A stretch of DNA of 64,000 bases from Gracilinanus agilis (Eukaryota): assembly GCF_016433145.1 (NCBI RefSeq), contig NC_058132.1, forward strand, positions 186,132,804-186,196,803, given 5' to 3'. Both the position numbers and the translations under genes were made by a program. A model generated the notes under the pieces. That model made no database searches, was not told where the DNA came from, and saw only the letters and a list, made by a program, of their open reading frames with translations. Each line of letters begins with the position of its first letter. The first letter of the stretch is position 1. Shown here piece by piece: positions 39,411 through 51,870 of this stretch.

Positions 39411-40778
39411 AATTTATATTTTATACTGTGTGTGTATATATATATATATGTATATATAATTATCTTAAAGCAAATCGTATAATTGGAGATCTAGTACAGT
39501 GTTAAGTAGTGTCCAATGGAACTGGTAAAAATAGCCATTTGAAATTGCTGGAAAGTAGAAAAAAAAAGGTAATGCTTTGTAAGTAAAAGTACCTTTTAAC
39601 GACTTTATTAGATTTTTTACTGTTTTGAATTCCTCAATATGTTATAGTCTGCACAAATACTTGGGTCTTTTTTTCATATGAACTTCAATCTAGCCCAGGC
39701 ACCATCTTTAGAACTAATTTCCCCAGGTTCCATTTTCATTAGTGGCTGGTGTATCTAGAGGATGACTGATGACTTCTCCTCTAGGGTTCCTAAAAGGATC
39801 CCTAAAAATGGGGCTAGATGTAATCTAGAACTGCTGATAATGAGTGCTCAACCAGAGCACTACTCACTGATTACAATCAGTACAATTAACTTTTAGAAAG
39901 AGTATTTACTAAGCAGGAATAGTAATGATAGCTCTACAGAAATATCCAACCAAACCAGAGGCACACTGTCCATTTGTACACATTAGGTTCCTGATTAATA
40001 TAATATAGGTTCAAATTTTAAAGCACATGAGGCTAAAGGATTAACTCACAACTTTTGGTTACTGGAAGTTTTCTATTCAGCCAACAATACTCCTCCTGAA
40101 ATCTTCACTTCATAAAGTGAAGGTTGATGTCCTTGTAGAGTCCTAAAATTGCCTTTCCTAAGTGTATCTCTGAGCTCTCAAACCAGATGTTGGTGTCGTC
40201 CATTGCTTCTCTAGGGACAATTTCACTGGCTGGTGACAATAATGCTGCCTCCTGATTGCTGATGATACCCCCATTGTCTCTAATAGATCTCCTGGTTGGA
40301 GCTATTTGAGTGGCTACCTGAACTGCTTGATTTGGTGTTATTCATAGGTCAAAGATGTATCTGATTCTCTCAGCCATTCACAAGAGATTTTTGTGTCATC
40401 TGATGATCAAAGAACTTCATACCTCATAAAATGATTAAGGATATATTCATATCCATTTTGTACTGTTGGTTTATTAATACAATGAAAAATTTAAACTTTA
40501 TATTAATTGGGGAAGTAGAAACATAATCATTATAAACATAAATGTTTTCAATACATATAGATGCATATGTTTACAATTAAGTTCTCCAAGGTAGGTGTTC
40601 TTTTACTTTTAACTTCATAAGCCAAAAACCAAGTACAATGTCATTCATATTATGGTAATTTTAAAAAAGTACTTGTGGAACTATTTAGTTTCATTTTATG
40701 TCATTAGGTTACACTCATTCAAACTTGTAGGCATCTTTTTGTTCCCTATATCTGTATTATGTGTTTGTATGTACACAT

Positions 40779-40812
<34 letters not shown>

Positions 40813-40869
40813 ATACATTCTTTCCATCTCAGGTTATATCATTTACAGTTATGTTAAGCATGTCTACAT

Positions 40870-41100
40870 TATTTTCCTTTTTAATATATTATATATTTTT
40901 AAAATTTACACTACCTAAATTTCTGCATACATCCTTTTCCACAACACTAAACCTTCCCTTATGAGAAAGAATTTAAAAGAAATGTGGGGTGCATAATAAT
41001 CTCTACACTAAGAAAGTATGATAACATGTGAAAATCATCTATTATTTTACCATTATTATACAAATCTCTCTCCAGGCTGATATGTACATTGATCCAGGGT
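40870..41100 (-). mobile_element. Old L1 3' end
   Basis: T-rich start, then aaccttcccttatgagaaagaatttaaaag, resembling marsupial L1 3' UTR. Confidence 0.45.
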
Positions 41101-42176
41101 ACACCTTTCACAAAGTGTTATGGCTTGGGATTTCAATTGCTAACCAACTTTAGATAATCAGACAAATCATGTCAATGCAATTGTAAGAAGACTGATCTAT
41201 AAGCCAGGATGTTAATGTATTAATCCTCACAAACAATTCTAACTATACTAGGAATGCTTCTTTGCTAATGACACCCTCACTAAAACTTAGTCCTCCAGAA
41301 AAAGAATCTAATTATGCTTTATGATGGGTAATACTACTGTCCTTGCAACCATTCTTGTTTTTCTTAGTATAGAAGTGTATTAAGTGAAGGCACTTTGTAT
41401 GTAGTAAGCACTTAATAAATGTTCATTGACTTTAATTGATTTGCTAAGAATAAATGCCTCCAGAAATCAAAATGCCATCAACTGGGCTGGTTTACAAAGA
41501 ATTCTAACACCACTTGGAGTGGCCTCAAGGAATATTTCCATGTAGTTTATTCAATTCAATTCAATTTCCTATTTATCTTTTTAGTTGCAAATTAACATTT
41601 CCATTTACAACCTCAGGGATGTGTTTATGTTAATATTCACTGCCAATACACATATTCCTTTGATTAAGGACAATTCCTAAAGGGGTAAAATTTAAATTTG
41701 TATTTCTAGAATGGGAATCCCAGGTCTCCTGAACCTTTACCTTCTCCACACTTTCTCTCATTAAGTCTCCAATTTTGCTGTAAGTCTCTAGGCCCCTACT
41801 ACATTCTTAATAATAAGGGTATGGTAAGACATTAATTATCTGGAATAAATAAGAGATGCAAATCATACCTAGATTAGAGCAAAGTGTAGGTTGCAGAATA
41901 ATATATTTAATGAAAGTCAAAGCTAGTAGTTGTTAGAATTTTTTTGGCATTAGAATTTTTAAAATAATACAATTGGTTATAATAGAATTTGTAGCTTGAT
42001 ATACATTATCTAATTTGATTTTTATAATAGCTCCATGAAATGAATAGTACAAACATCATTGTCCCTATTACAAAAGAGGAAACTGAGATTCAATTAAGTG
42101 CCCCTCAAAGCTTCTTTTAGACACCAGGTAAGGACTAGATCCCAGCAAAAATAATGGTTTGTTATCTGTGGCTTAC

Positions 42177-42256
42177 CGTACTCCCAAAAGCCTTCCTTAA
42201 TGGAAGGAGCATTCTCATTCTGCTTGTTCCTCAATATTGTGCATCAGTGCTAGTAC
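42177..42256 (-). other. Candidate 80-nt non-coding or poison exon
   Basis: Minus strand: ataacattttccttcag|GTACTAG...GGAGTACG|gtaagc; stops in all three frames. Confidence 0.25.
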
Positions 42257-42287
42257 CTGAAGGAAAATGTTATAGAGAGATACTATA

Positions 42288-42720
42288 CTGATATTCCTTG
42301 CACATGTTGAGGATTAGGGCTAGGGCAAACCAGGGCCCTTTCCTTATATCAAAGAAATCTGAATTTTTTCTTTTTTTTTAAGGGGTATTTATAGTACCTT
42401 TTATGCATTTATGAGTTACTAAACATTTTAAAATATCTCTACATTTCTAGCCTTTATGTGTAGGCTTCATGTTCTTTTCACAAACTGTAACTTTCACATA
42501 TTTAACTTAAAAAAGAAATTGTGTATACTTATAGTATTAAAAGAAAATGTGTTGATATTTTACAATGATATGCATTTATTTTATGCATTTCTGAGTTTCC
42601 AAACTTTTTGGTGTCATCTGTGACTTCCCCAAAATTCCCATCTAATTTTTCATACTGGCCAGTGAAAACGATATTGAAACTTTATTGATGGGGAAAGGCT
42701 CAATGTGGTTAGGCTACCTG
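42288..42720 (-). mobile_element. Tigger-type (Tc1/mariner) non-autonomous element, MarsTigger-like
   Basis: Flanked by TA at 42286-42287 and 42721-42722; degenerate TIRs ctgatattccttgcacatg and (reverse complement) caggtagcctaaccacatt; interior matches a recalled marsupial Tigger MITE. Confidence 0.6.
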
Positions 42721-43509
42721 TACATTATATACATATATATATATACATATATATACATATACATATATATGTAAATACTATAACAAGAACAAATTAATGA
42801 AAAATTGCAAAACTTTATAGGGTTTTGATCATTACTTATATCAGAAACATAAAACCCCAATAGCAAATATGAATTCATTGTAAGAATCAACCATAGTTAT
42901 TTCCTTAACTATCTATACATAAACAGATAGATATAATATAGTTTTAAGGAGTTCAGGAAGAAAATAGGGTTCTCAAAGGAAGTAAAATTTTTATATAGAC
43001 TCTGCTATTTGAAGATAGGCACTAATTTGTAAAGGTGCATATAACATTTATTTTGCCAGAATCTCAAACTCATAAGGACAAAAGTGGGCTACTATAAATC
43101 AAGAAAAAAAAGCATTCACAGGATTGTTTGTTTGTTTGTTTGTTTGCTTGCTTGCTTGTTTGTTTTTAATCTTGAACTCTGATTTAAAACTTTCTTTCTG
43201 GTCCCTGACACTCATCCTCTCATAGAGCTGGCACAGAGTAAACATTTAATAAATATTTATTGATTGAGTGAATGAATTTTGTCAAATTCCAAACTTAATT
43301 TTAGATTTGGAATAGCTTTAAGTGAGAAAATGTTTCATCCAGAGATGAAGCCAGAACCCATAGCAAACAGAGAAAAATTGACACAGGTTTTTACTAAGTA
43401 ATGTAATCACAAAACAAAAAACAAATAAGCAAAAAATCATTATATTGGGGATGATTAAAAGTCTTTTCCTACATCCCCAATTCTAATACAAAGTTTCAGT
43501 GGTCTAGGA

Positions 43510-43721
43510 CTGAGGTTCCAGACAATCTTCCAACAAGTAGCATACAGCCTGCACACGTATGATCTGACCCAAAACAGATTAAAAATGTAATTTGGAAATA
43601 TTTAACAAAACAAATGAAAAATGTAATAGAATTACTATTAGTACATGGTTTTGTAAGTCAACACGAGGCCCATAACCTCCTGTAGGGATTAGTGGTCAGT
43701 TTATATTTGAGTATGAAACTG
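43510..43721 (-). mobile_element. hAT/Charlie MITE, copy 2 (most decayed)
   Basis: aaaacagattaaaatgtaatttggaaatatttaacaaaac interior and tttatatttgagtatgaaactg end; left flank gtctagga fits the Charlie NTCTAGAN target. Confidence 0.6.
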
Positions 43722-44606
43722 CAGGTTTAGGGAATTCCCCTTGTGTAAATTACCAATGACTTATAGAGACTTGCTGAGGCTGTCCAACTACTATATGGAA
43801 GATAAATAACTCAACAAAGTAATTCATTCTGGATATTGGAGAAATTCTTTATTCTGAAGAGATTTGTATGTGAGTTATATACTGAACTTTAATGTGGGAT
43901 CGAACTGGCTTAAGCTGTTTACTTTCAATTCTAGAGGTTCTTTGTTTCCCCGCCTCCAGCTCAATTCTTGTGGTCAAGTAGAAATCAAGTGACACCATCA
44001 TCATGTCTCCTTAAAATTCATGACAAGTGCGCTCTTGGCATATCGTATGCTGTTGGGCCAGTAGCTAGCAGAAGCCATGACTTATCCTATTAAGTACAGT
44101 CAGGCAGATTTCACTGATGTTCTAAAGTACAGATAGAAGGCTGCATGCTGTTTGATCCTAGGATGAGCTCTTTGCATTTTCACTTTCTGCCAGGTTCCCA
44201 GGAAAGTGAAAATCCTTATGTAGTAGAACAATTTTGCATAACAAAGAGATAGTAACACCAAAAGCTTTAGTGAAATTGAAATACTTTCCTACAGAACATC
44301 AGACCATTTATTCCCTTTGGATAATAATGTTATCTTCCCCCGTGTTGCACCTTTCATTTTCTAGTGCAGTTCAGCCCTTGACAATGAAATAAATAGTTTC
44401 ACCACTGAAATACTCCATGGATAAAGTAAAAGGCAAATACCAACTGGAATACAAGTCCTATGTGGACAAGATTGTGAGATTATAAAGATGCTAACAAAGC
44501 CCTCTCTGCAGTTAATTAAGATATCTGTAGTTTGCATTTTGAATTCTTCAATAGTAAACTTAATGACTGCTTCTCAATTTGTATCATCTTTGTCATTTGG
44601 TTACAG

Positions 44607-44627
44607 AAGGTGGTCCATACGCACAAG
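44607..44627 (+). other. Candidate 21-nt frame-preserving microexon
   Basis: About 50-nt AG-free zone, branch-like CTTAAT at 44559, ttacag|AAGGTGGTCCATACGCACAAG|gtataa; no host gene identified. Confidence 0.3.
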
Positions 44628-44745
44628 GTATAATACTTGAAACTTCCTAATGTTTAGGACTATCCAGAAGTACAGTATCCCTTAAAATACAAGGGCCTTC
44701 CCCGAGGCCCCCTATAGGATAAGTCATTGACTTTATTTAAATGGT

Positions 44746-45310
44746 TTCTTTTTTAAAATTAATTTAACTAATTTAAAATATTTGTCCATGGTTTCATGAT
44801 TTGTATTCTTTCCCTCCTCTTGATCAAGACCTATTTCCATATAATTCATATTTTCAATAGAGTGATCATTTAGAGTCCACATCCCCAATCATATTCTTAT
44901 AGAACCATGTGATCAAGGAAATGTTGTTTCTTCTGTTTCTACTCCCATAGTTCTTTCTCTGTATGTGAATAGCATTCTTTCTCATAAGTTCCTCAGAATT
45001 GTCCTGGGACACTGCATTGCTGCTAGTACAGAAGTCCATTACATTCGATTTTACCATAGTATATCAGTCTCTGTGTACAATGTTCTCCTGGTTCTGCTTC
45101 TTTCACTCTGCATCAGTTCCTGGAGGTCCTTCCAGTTCACATGGAATTCCTCCAGTTCATTATTCCTTTGAGCACAATAGTATTACATCACCAGCATATA
45201 CCACAGTTTGTTCAGCCATTCCCCAATGAAAGGACATCGCCTCATTTTCTAGTTTTTTGCCACCACAAAGGCTATAAATATTTTTATACAAGTATTTTTC
45301 TTTATTATCT
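44746..45310 (-). mobile_element. L1 3' fragment, opossum-type
   Basis: Closely similar to 24943-25545 (cctcagaattgtcctgg...tagtacagaagtccattacattc...gccaccacaaag). Confidence 0.9.
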
Positions 45311-45911
45311 CAACGGCATGGCTGGGTCAAAGGCAGTCATTATTTAAATGACTTCTGAAGATCCTTCTCAGAAATTCTCTGAAATCAAATTAGACCTATG
45401 AAAGTCACCAGAGGTGAGGTTTTGTGTTAGCTTTCCTTCATTTTCCCTTGTGCCTCATTATTACTGTTTTTATTGTTTTTAACGAATATATGTAAAACCA
45501 TTAAGTCTGATGATACTGACAAGGCCACTGTTCTGTTGGCCTGGTAATGGTCAAAGAAGTAAAGAGTCTGAGAAATTTTCAAAGATTTGTGACAAAGGTT
45601 TGTATGAATGAGGCTAGGGAGAATTCAGCTATCCAGCCTTGCTTGAAATAATGCTTGAAAATTGTTTTCAAGTGCTGGAAGTGTAATAGGTGCTCAATTA
45701 ATATAAACTTTCCTTTCCACTACCTCAGACCTATCTAATTAACTGATTTAAGAGTAGAATCTTCTTGAAATCCTCTTTATGTTGCTTATCTTTCCAGCTT
45801 CTATCTGCAATAATGGAAAAAATTTCCATGCCAGGAATTCCCTACATGGATGAAAGCCTAGGTCCTTTTCCAAAATAATCAACAAACATTATGTGGGTGT
45901 ATGGTGTAATG

Positions 45912-46105
45912 CAGAGGTGTCAAATATATGGCTTAACACTTTTTAGTAGTGTCAGAAACAGACTAAAATACAATTGGAAAGTAGTTAAAATAAATAAAAA
46001 TACAATACAACAAAGTTAGCATTTTCCTATTTGGATATAGGGACAACATGGATGTTTTATATACAGTTTGGTGGCCCCTGTTTCTATTTGAGTTTGACAC
46101 CACTG
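45912..46105 (-). mobile_element. hAT/Charlie MITE, copy 3, with TIRs and decayed 8-bp TSD
   Basis: TIRs cagaggtgtcaaa and tttgacaccactg (12/13 complementary); flanks gtgtaatg (45904-45911) and atgtagtg (46106-46113), 6/8 identical. Confidence 0.85.
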
Positions 46106-46325
46106 ATGTAGTGGATCAAAGGCTAACCTTGGAGTCAGAAACACTTGGCTCCATTTTTGCCTCTGACAATGTGAGTATAAGCAAGTATGTCACTTAACCT
46201 CTGAGTGCTCAAGGCAACTCTCTAAAGCTATAAATTATAAGTGAGTTATCTTAATCTGGATCCCTAGAGGCAGTTTCCACACCTGGGGTTATCTATTCAG
46301 ATTAAATCAAAGGTTCTTATTGTAT
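46106..46325 (+). mobile_element. MIR3-type marsupial SINE (head split by the hAT MITE)
   Basis: gtagtggatcaaaggctaaccttggagtcagaaacac...gtcacttaacctctgagtgctcaaggcaactctctaaagctataaatt. Confidence 0.7.
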
Positions 46326-49300
46326 AAATAAATAAATAAATGTAAAGGATTGTGAAAATGGTTTTGTTAGACTGACTGAATTAACTTTTGATTTTGTTGA
46401 CCCCTAAGGGTTTCATTAAGGTCATATTGTTCAGTAGGGCTCCTATGGTGAATAGCTGAGAGAGCACTGACCAACTGGAAAAAAAAAACCTACCATTAAT
46501 CTATTTAGCTTGTTTAAAATGCCTGGTGTCTCATTAAATTAATAAAAACAGAGAATTTCTCCTATATCTCTTATTTTCAAGGAAAAATATATGAACATAC
46601 CCAAAAAGAATGAGCATGCTTACCACATTTATGAAGGAAGGACTCAAAGAGTTATAAATTTAGTAACATATCTTTAAAATTATATGAAAGAAAAGTCTGC
46701 ATTGTTAAAGTCACCTATTGCTTTCTATCATTCTAAGCAAGTTTTTTTTTAAGCTACACCTTTAAAAATAAGGTGAATGTTTTTAAATTGGTTTAATTTC
46801 CTCAGAAAATCTGAAAAATTTCCAAAAATATCCACTCAGATTGAGCACCATGGGTGAATATTTTGGAAAATTCCAGATAGGGATGAAGGGTTTCATATCT
46901 AAAACATCTGAATTTCTGAAATCAGAACTACATTATGGCTTAAATAGGTATACTTTGAATACAATGTGGTGATTCCTTATTTATCTTTAAGCACAAGGTA
47001 GGATAATGAAAAATTTCCTGAAACTGGATTTTAGAAAGTTTTCTAATGGTATGTCAGTTGAACTTAAAATAATTTCTCTTAAAGTCTGTTGCTTAAAAAA
47101 AAAATTAACAGTTGCTATTACAGTGATGTAAAAAAGACATTTAGCAGCTAATTCTGGTATCCCTGTCTTTAAGTAAAGGAAAATATGAGAGTTAAAAAAA
47201 GTATTGAGAAGTCTCTGAATCATCGCTCTCTCCAGTGGAAGGATAAAGCATTTATTGCCTATCTTTTTATGCTGCTTTTTAAATACAACTAAAGCAAAAA
47301 AGAGGAATTAATAGGTAAACAAGAGAGAAAAGTTTGCAATAAAATTTTATCTTTTAACATTTGGCTCTTTGCCTATATAAGAAAAAAATTAAACAATCCT
47401 CTCATTAAATCAGGAGACTGACTTAAGAAATTTTGCATTATTCCACATTCAGGGATCAAATGATGAATCATATATATTTTGCAAAATTATATGGTTTGTT
47501 CTAGATAGAATAGGATTCTGGTTGCTAGAAAACTGATTTTTAAACTTCATTTCAAACAGGGGATCTTTTTAAAAGATATAGTCAATGTACCAATGCAGCT
47601 CCTATTCAAGGCATTTTCATTGTAGTGATATTTTTAAACCTTAAAGAAATTCCCATAAGATGTTATTTTGAATTGACAATTGGCAATAAAAAATGTGAAT
47701 TAAATCCTTTTAGCTATTTAAAAATACAAATGAGGTGGAGAATGACTGGTGGATATTTCAAATATGTTGGTGTTCTTTCTCCACAAGATTTAATTTGTTT
47801 TTGAAACTGAATTGTTTAGTGCCTCTGGGCATTTGGCTAGAGAAAAAACTTCCAAGTGGTTTTGCCCTATATAGGGGATATTGTATACCCATTTAACAAA
47901 GAAGTGTTTTTGAAGGTGGGCTAATTACAGAGACAAGCATAGACTGATTATACTCTAGGGACTGTGTGTGCAGAAGGCAACATAAGCCTATATACAATTT
48001 GCACCTGGGCTATTCCATATGTTCGCAATAATATTCAAGCATTGTCTGCAGTTCTTATCTATAAACTTTAAAGCTCAAAAAGGTTTAGAGAAGAACCAGA
48101 AAGGAGGATGAGCTTGCATTTTGTTGAACACTATGCAGAGCAAATATCATTGACAGACTGCTGTACCTGAAGTGAAGTAGAAAAATTCATATGCTGCATC
48201 TGACTCCAACTAGCTTGGTGAGCCTGGAGAATTCCTCAGAAAACTTCTCATGACTTTTCTGTAAATTATATACCAGAAAGAATGGGCATCAGTGGAAGAA
48301 ATTTGCATGCCAAAAGTTCCTCATTTTGAGTAAATCTATTATCTTAAATTTCTCTATTCTACCACTTAGTGTGTATTTTACTTCAATAACCTGTGGTTTC
48401 ACTGACTGAATTACTCTCTCCAATTCTCTGTCTACCAGATCACAATTTCTCCATTATTTTGTAAAAGGCTTTAAGAATTTCAGCTATGACTAAAAAATTA
48501 TTTACCCTATGGACATTCTGAAGTCATAAATTCTTTGAATTTGTCTGGGCTAGTCCTTGGATATTCCTACATTTTGTCACTGTTCATATGTAAAACATTG
48601 TCTTACATTCCATTTAATATATCCTTCAAGATTTTAGGATCATTTCTATGCTATGCTGAGGCCACATAATGTAGGATTTTGTGGAAGATTTTGTAACATT
48701 CTAGCATTGTCTTGTATTCTGTTCTCACCAACAACCACCACATGCATATTTCTTTTCAGCATCAATGAAGACTAGGGGAAGAGAGTAAAGTTAGCTTCTT
48801 AACCACTACCAGTATGCCTGTTCTAGCTCTGGCATGAGCTTTGCTGTTTCAGAAGCATAGAAGGAGAAAGGGATGAATATGGCAAAAGAAAGGGCCTCTG
48901 AACACCATTTTTCCAAACAAGCCCAAAATTGGGGCACCCCCCCAAAATTAGACAAGTGTACTCAGTTCCTTATTTGAGTCTTCCCAGAGTATCATTTGTG
49001 ATCCTTTTAAATATCCTAAGTAAGAGGGTCGTTATCTCAGAGTTCTTATTTCAAATCAGAACCATCTTGGCCACATTGAGAATGCGATTTCCAGAGGGGC
49101 AACTTTACCTCTTAATGCAATGGGCACAGACTACTGGCTTTATGTCCTTCCTACTGCCCATGAATAAATATAGTCCTATAACTTCCTCTCTCAGTAATCT
49201 TTGTTCTCTAAGAAATATGCAGCCATGAGAACTTCTTGTATATAAACAAACAAAAAAAAACCCAAACAAACAAAAAAACAGGTACCAAATATGACATATT

Positions 49301-51870
49301 GATTCAAGCAAATGTGCAATAGGGGGCAAAATATGTCAGCGATAAAGAATAATTCCCTAGTTTCCGTTGTTTGATTAGAGGGAGGCATAGTGAGGTATGC
49401 CATATTTAGGACAAATTTACTTTCCAAGTCAAGACAGAAAGAAGTGACCAGCCCAAAGAGACCATCAGTAAGAGCTTCCCTGCTACTTTATTTAGCTCTC
49501 TACTCTCATCAGTAGAGAAAACATTCGCTGATGAACTTAGTTCTACACCTTTCCTAGCACTGGGAAGAATTGTCTTTTCTATTTTTCTATTTCAGAGTCA
49601 AGCACCTGCTTTTTAGTTCTTCTAAGTCGGTATTTTTATAGCTCTTTTTAGCAGATAACCATTCAGGGAATTTGTAGTTTTCTTGAAGTGACTATAGTCT
49701 TTTGCCCCTTGTCAAATGTCCTCATACCTGCTTTTAAGATAGAAAATCAGCAGTGGTAGCTATAGATCAATGATGCTTTTCATAATCTGTAATGAAGAGG
49801 AAGAGGAGAAAGGAGGGAAGAGTCAATATATAGCATTTTGTCATTTATAACACTTTACAAACCCCTGGTCAATGTTTCCATTCTGTTTTTTCTTCTTACT
49901 GTTCTACTATTATGAATCCTCAGAGTCAGGAAGGGAATGCAGAGATCAGATCAGCTTCACACTAATCAAAATATCAGCATTTCTTTCTCAGCAGTTATAT
50001 GCTAAAGTGTGCCAACTCCTCATTAGTGCTACAGAAGCAATTCAGGCTACTTCCTCCTCTCCAGGGTAGCAAGAATGAGAACAATGAGATACTTCCAGTT
50101 TTGTTTGCTTTTTTTAAGATTTAGAGTTGAAAAGCCTAATTTGGAAACAATTTGTGGTCTAAGTGTGAAAGTGATTGGAGCTGCTAACTTATAGGTCTAG
50201 CTTATAGTTGTTAATTTTATTTTTTGATAGAAAATTGGAGAAAATTATAGAGGCAGAGAAGTAAAAAAGGAGAGCATTTGGAGGCAGATTTTAAAAAGAG
50301 GCTATTCACACACATATACATACATACACACACATACATATATATAATTATATATATACACATATATATATATAGGTTATGAGTGGAGGGTATTTAAAAT
50401 TGATACAGAAATAACTTCCATTTCTTTTAGAGCTGTTATTGTAGTTAAAGAAGCAGTATTTGAAGAGGAGAGAATGAACAGTGAGAATCTAAAGATGGAT
50501 CAGAGATTTAGTGTCTAAAAGGCTGAGTATAAAGATGTTATGGTTCTTCACTACTTCCAAAGATCTATGGTTTCATCAGTGTGAATGCTTTTCTAAGCTG
50601 ATACAGTCTGTTGCCTATATACATATCAATGTATAGTCTCTAGGAATTTCTAAGGCTAAAAATAAAATCAACTAATTGGATAGTTGGCCTTGCTGGACTC
50701 ACTATGATATGGGGTATAACTATGGAATTTTTATAATATGGACATTAAAACAAAAACTTTTACATGTATATCATCTACATTTCTTCTTTAGTAATACAAA
50801 TGTCACCTGTAGAATATTACTATTTAAGAGAAGTTTCTTACTCAGTGAGTAACTCAGTATTAATGATTACTATCCAAAATGATCTCCTTATTTTGTTCAT
50901 TTATCATCCTATTTCATCATCCATCTGCATTTTTTCATACTTTCTTTTTCAGGATGACTAGTTAAACCAAAACTGCCTTATCGAGGTTTTTGAATAGAAT
51001 GAATCCTCTTTGAGCACAAGCACAATTTCATTTTTTGTTGTTTTCTCAGCATCTGGCATTTAGTAGTTAATTAAATATTTTTTGATTAATCTATTTCACT
51101 GAAAAGACTTTCTGGAATTCAAAGATGCAATGAAATTAATACAATTAGATTTCTGATTTAAGTGGGCACTACTACCTCTAGAGCTGATGATGAAGATGAT
51201 AATATCTAATTTATATAATTCCTTAAAATTTACAAAGTACTTTACATATATTATCGATGCAGATTATAATCTATCTCTGATTGTTCATATACTTTTTCAT
51301 GTACTCCTATAAAAATTATACAGTGGGTCCACACTTAAATCTACCGCTGTGCTGTATTTTCCTCTAGATCTCATGACATTGCATAGATACTAGTGGAGAA
51401 TACAGGTCAGTAATTACTCATTTCTGACACTTGCTACTTGGACATCCCATCATATATCCCTTTGATGACAACTTTTATGACACTTGTTCTGCACAGTTTC
51501 TTATTTTTAATGTGACACACCATCCTGATACTCATAATGGCCCTCTCCATTGTCTTTTAGGTGAATTTTTACATTTAAGTCTTCAAATAATATTATATTA
51601 TGGTTATTTAATACTTCTAGAAGAATGTTAAAAAGATGAACTTTTGTATAGTTTCCAAATCAGTATCCTCTGAGTCAAGTTCATTTTCTGAAATGCTTGT
51701 AAGGATAATTATACTGATGGAACAGCTCTATGAATTGCCCATCCAACTGACTATAATAGACCATATATTATGAAGTATATATTGTGATATACATTATTAT
51801 ACATATTATATATTACATATATTATAGGTATATATGTATACATATATATATACATATATATATATATATA

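Noticed and set aside
40108-40341. 78-codon stop-free minus frame in a less AT-rich segment (TPNQAVQV...LHFMK)
   Set aside because: No start or splice signals and no recognisable similarity; the region 39700-40440 may be an old LTR element that I cannot assign.
45371-45412. 42-nt unit with cag| acceptor and |gtgagg donor
   Set aside because: Stops in all frames, short pyrimidine tract and directly beside an L1; likely a pseudo-exon.
47865-47876. Perfect CArG box palindrome ccctatataggg
   Set aside because: CC(A/T)6GG is expected several times in 64 kb of AT-rich DNA and there is no supporting context.
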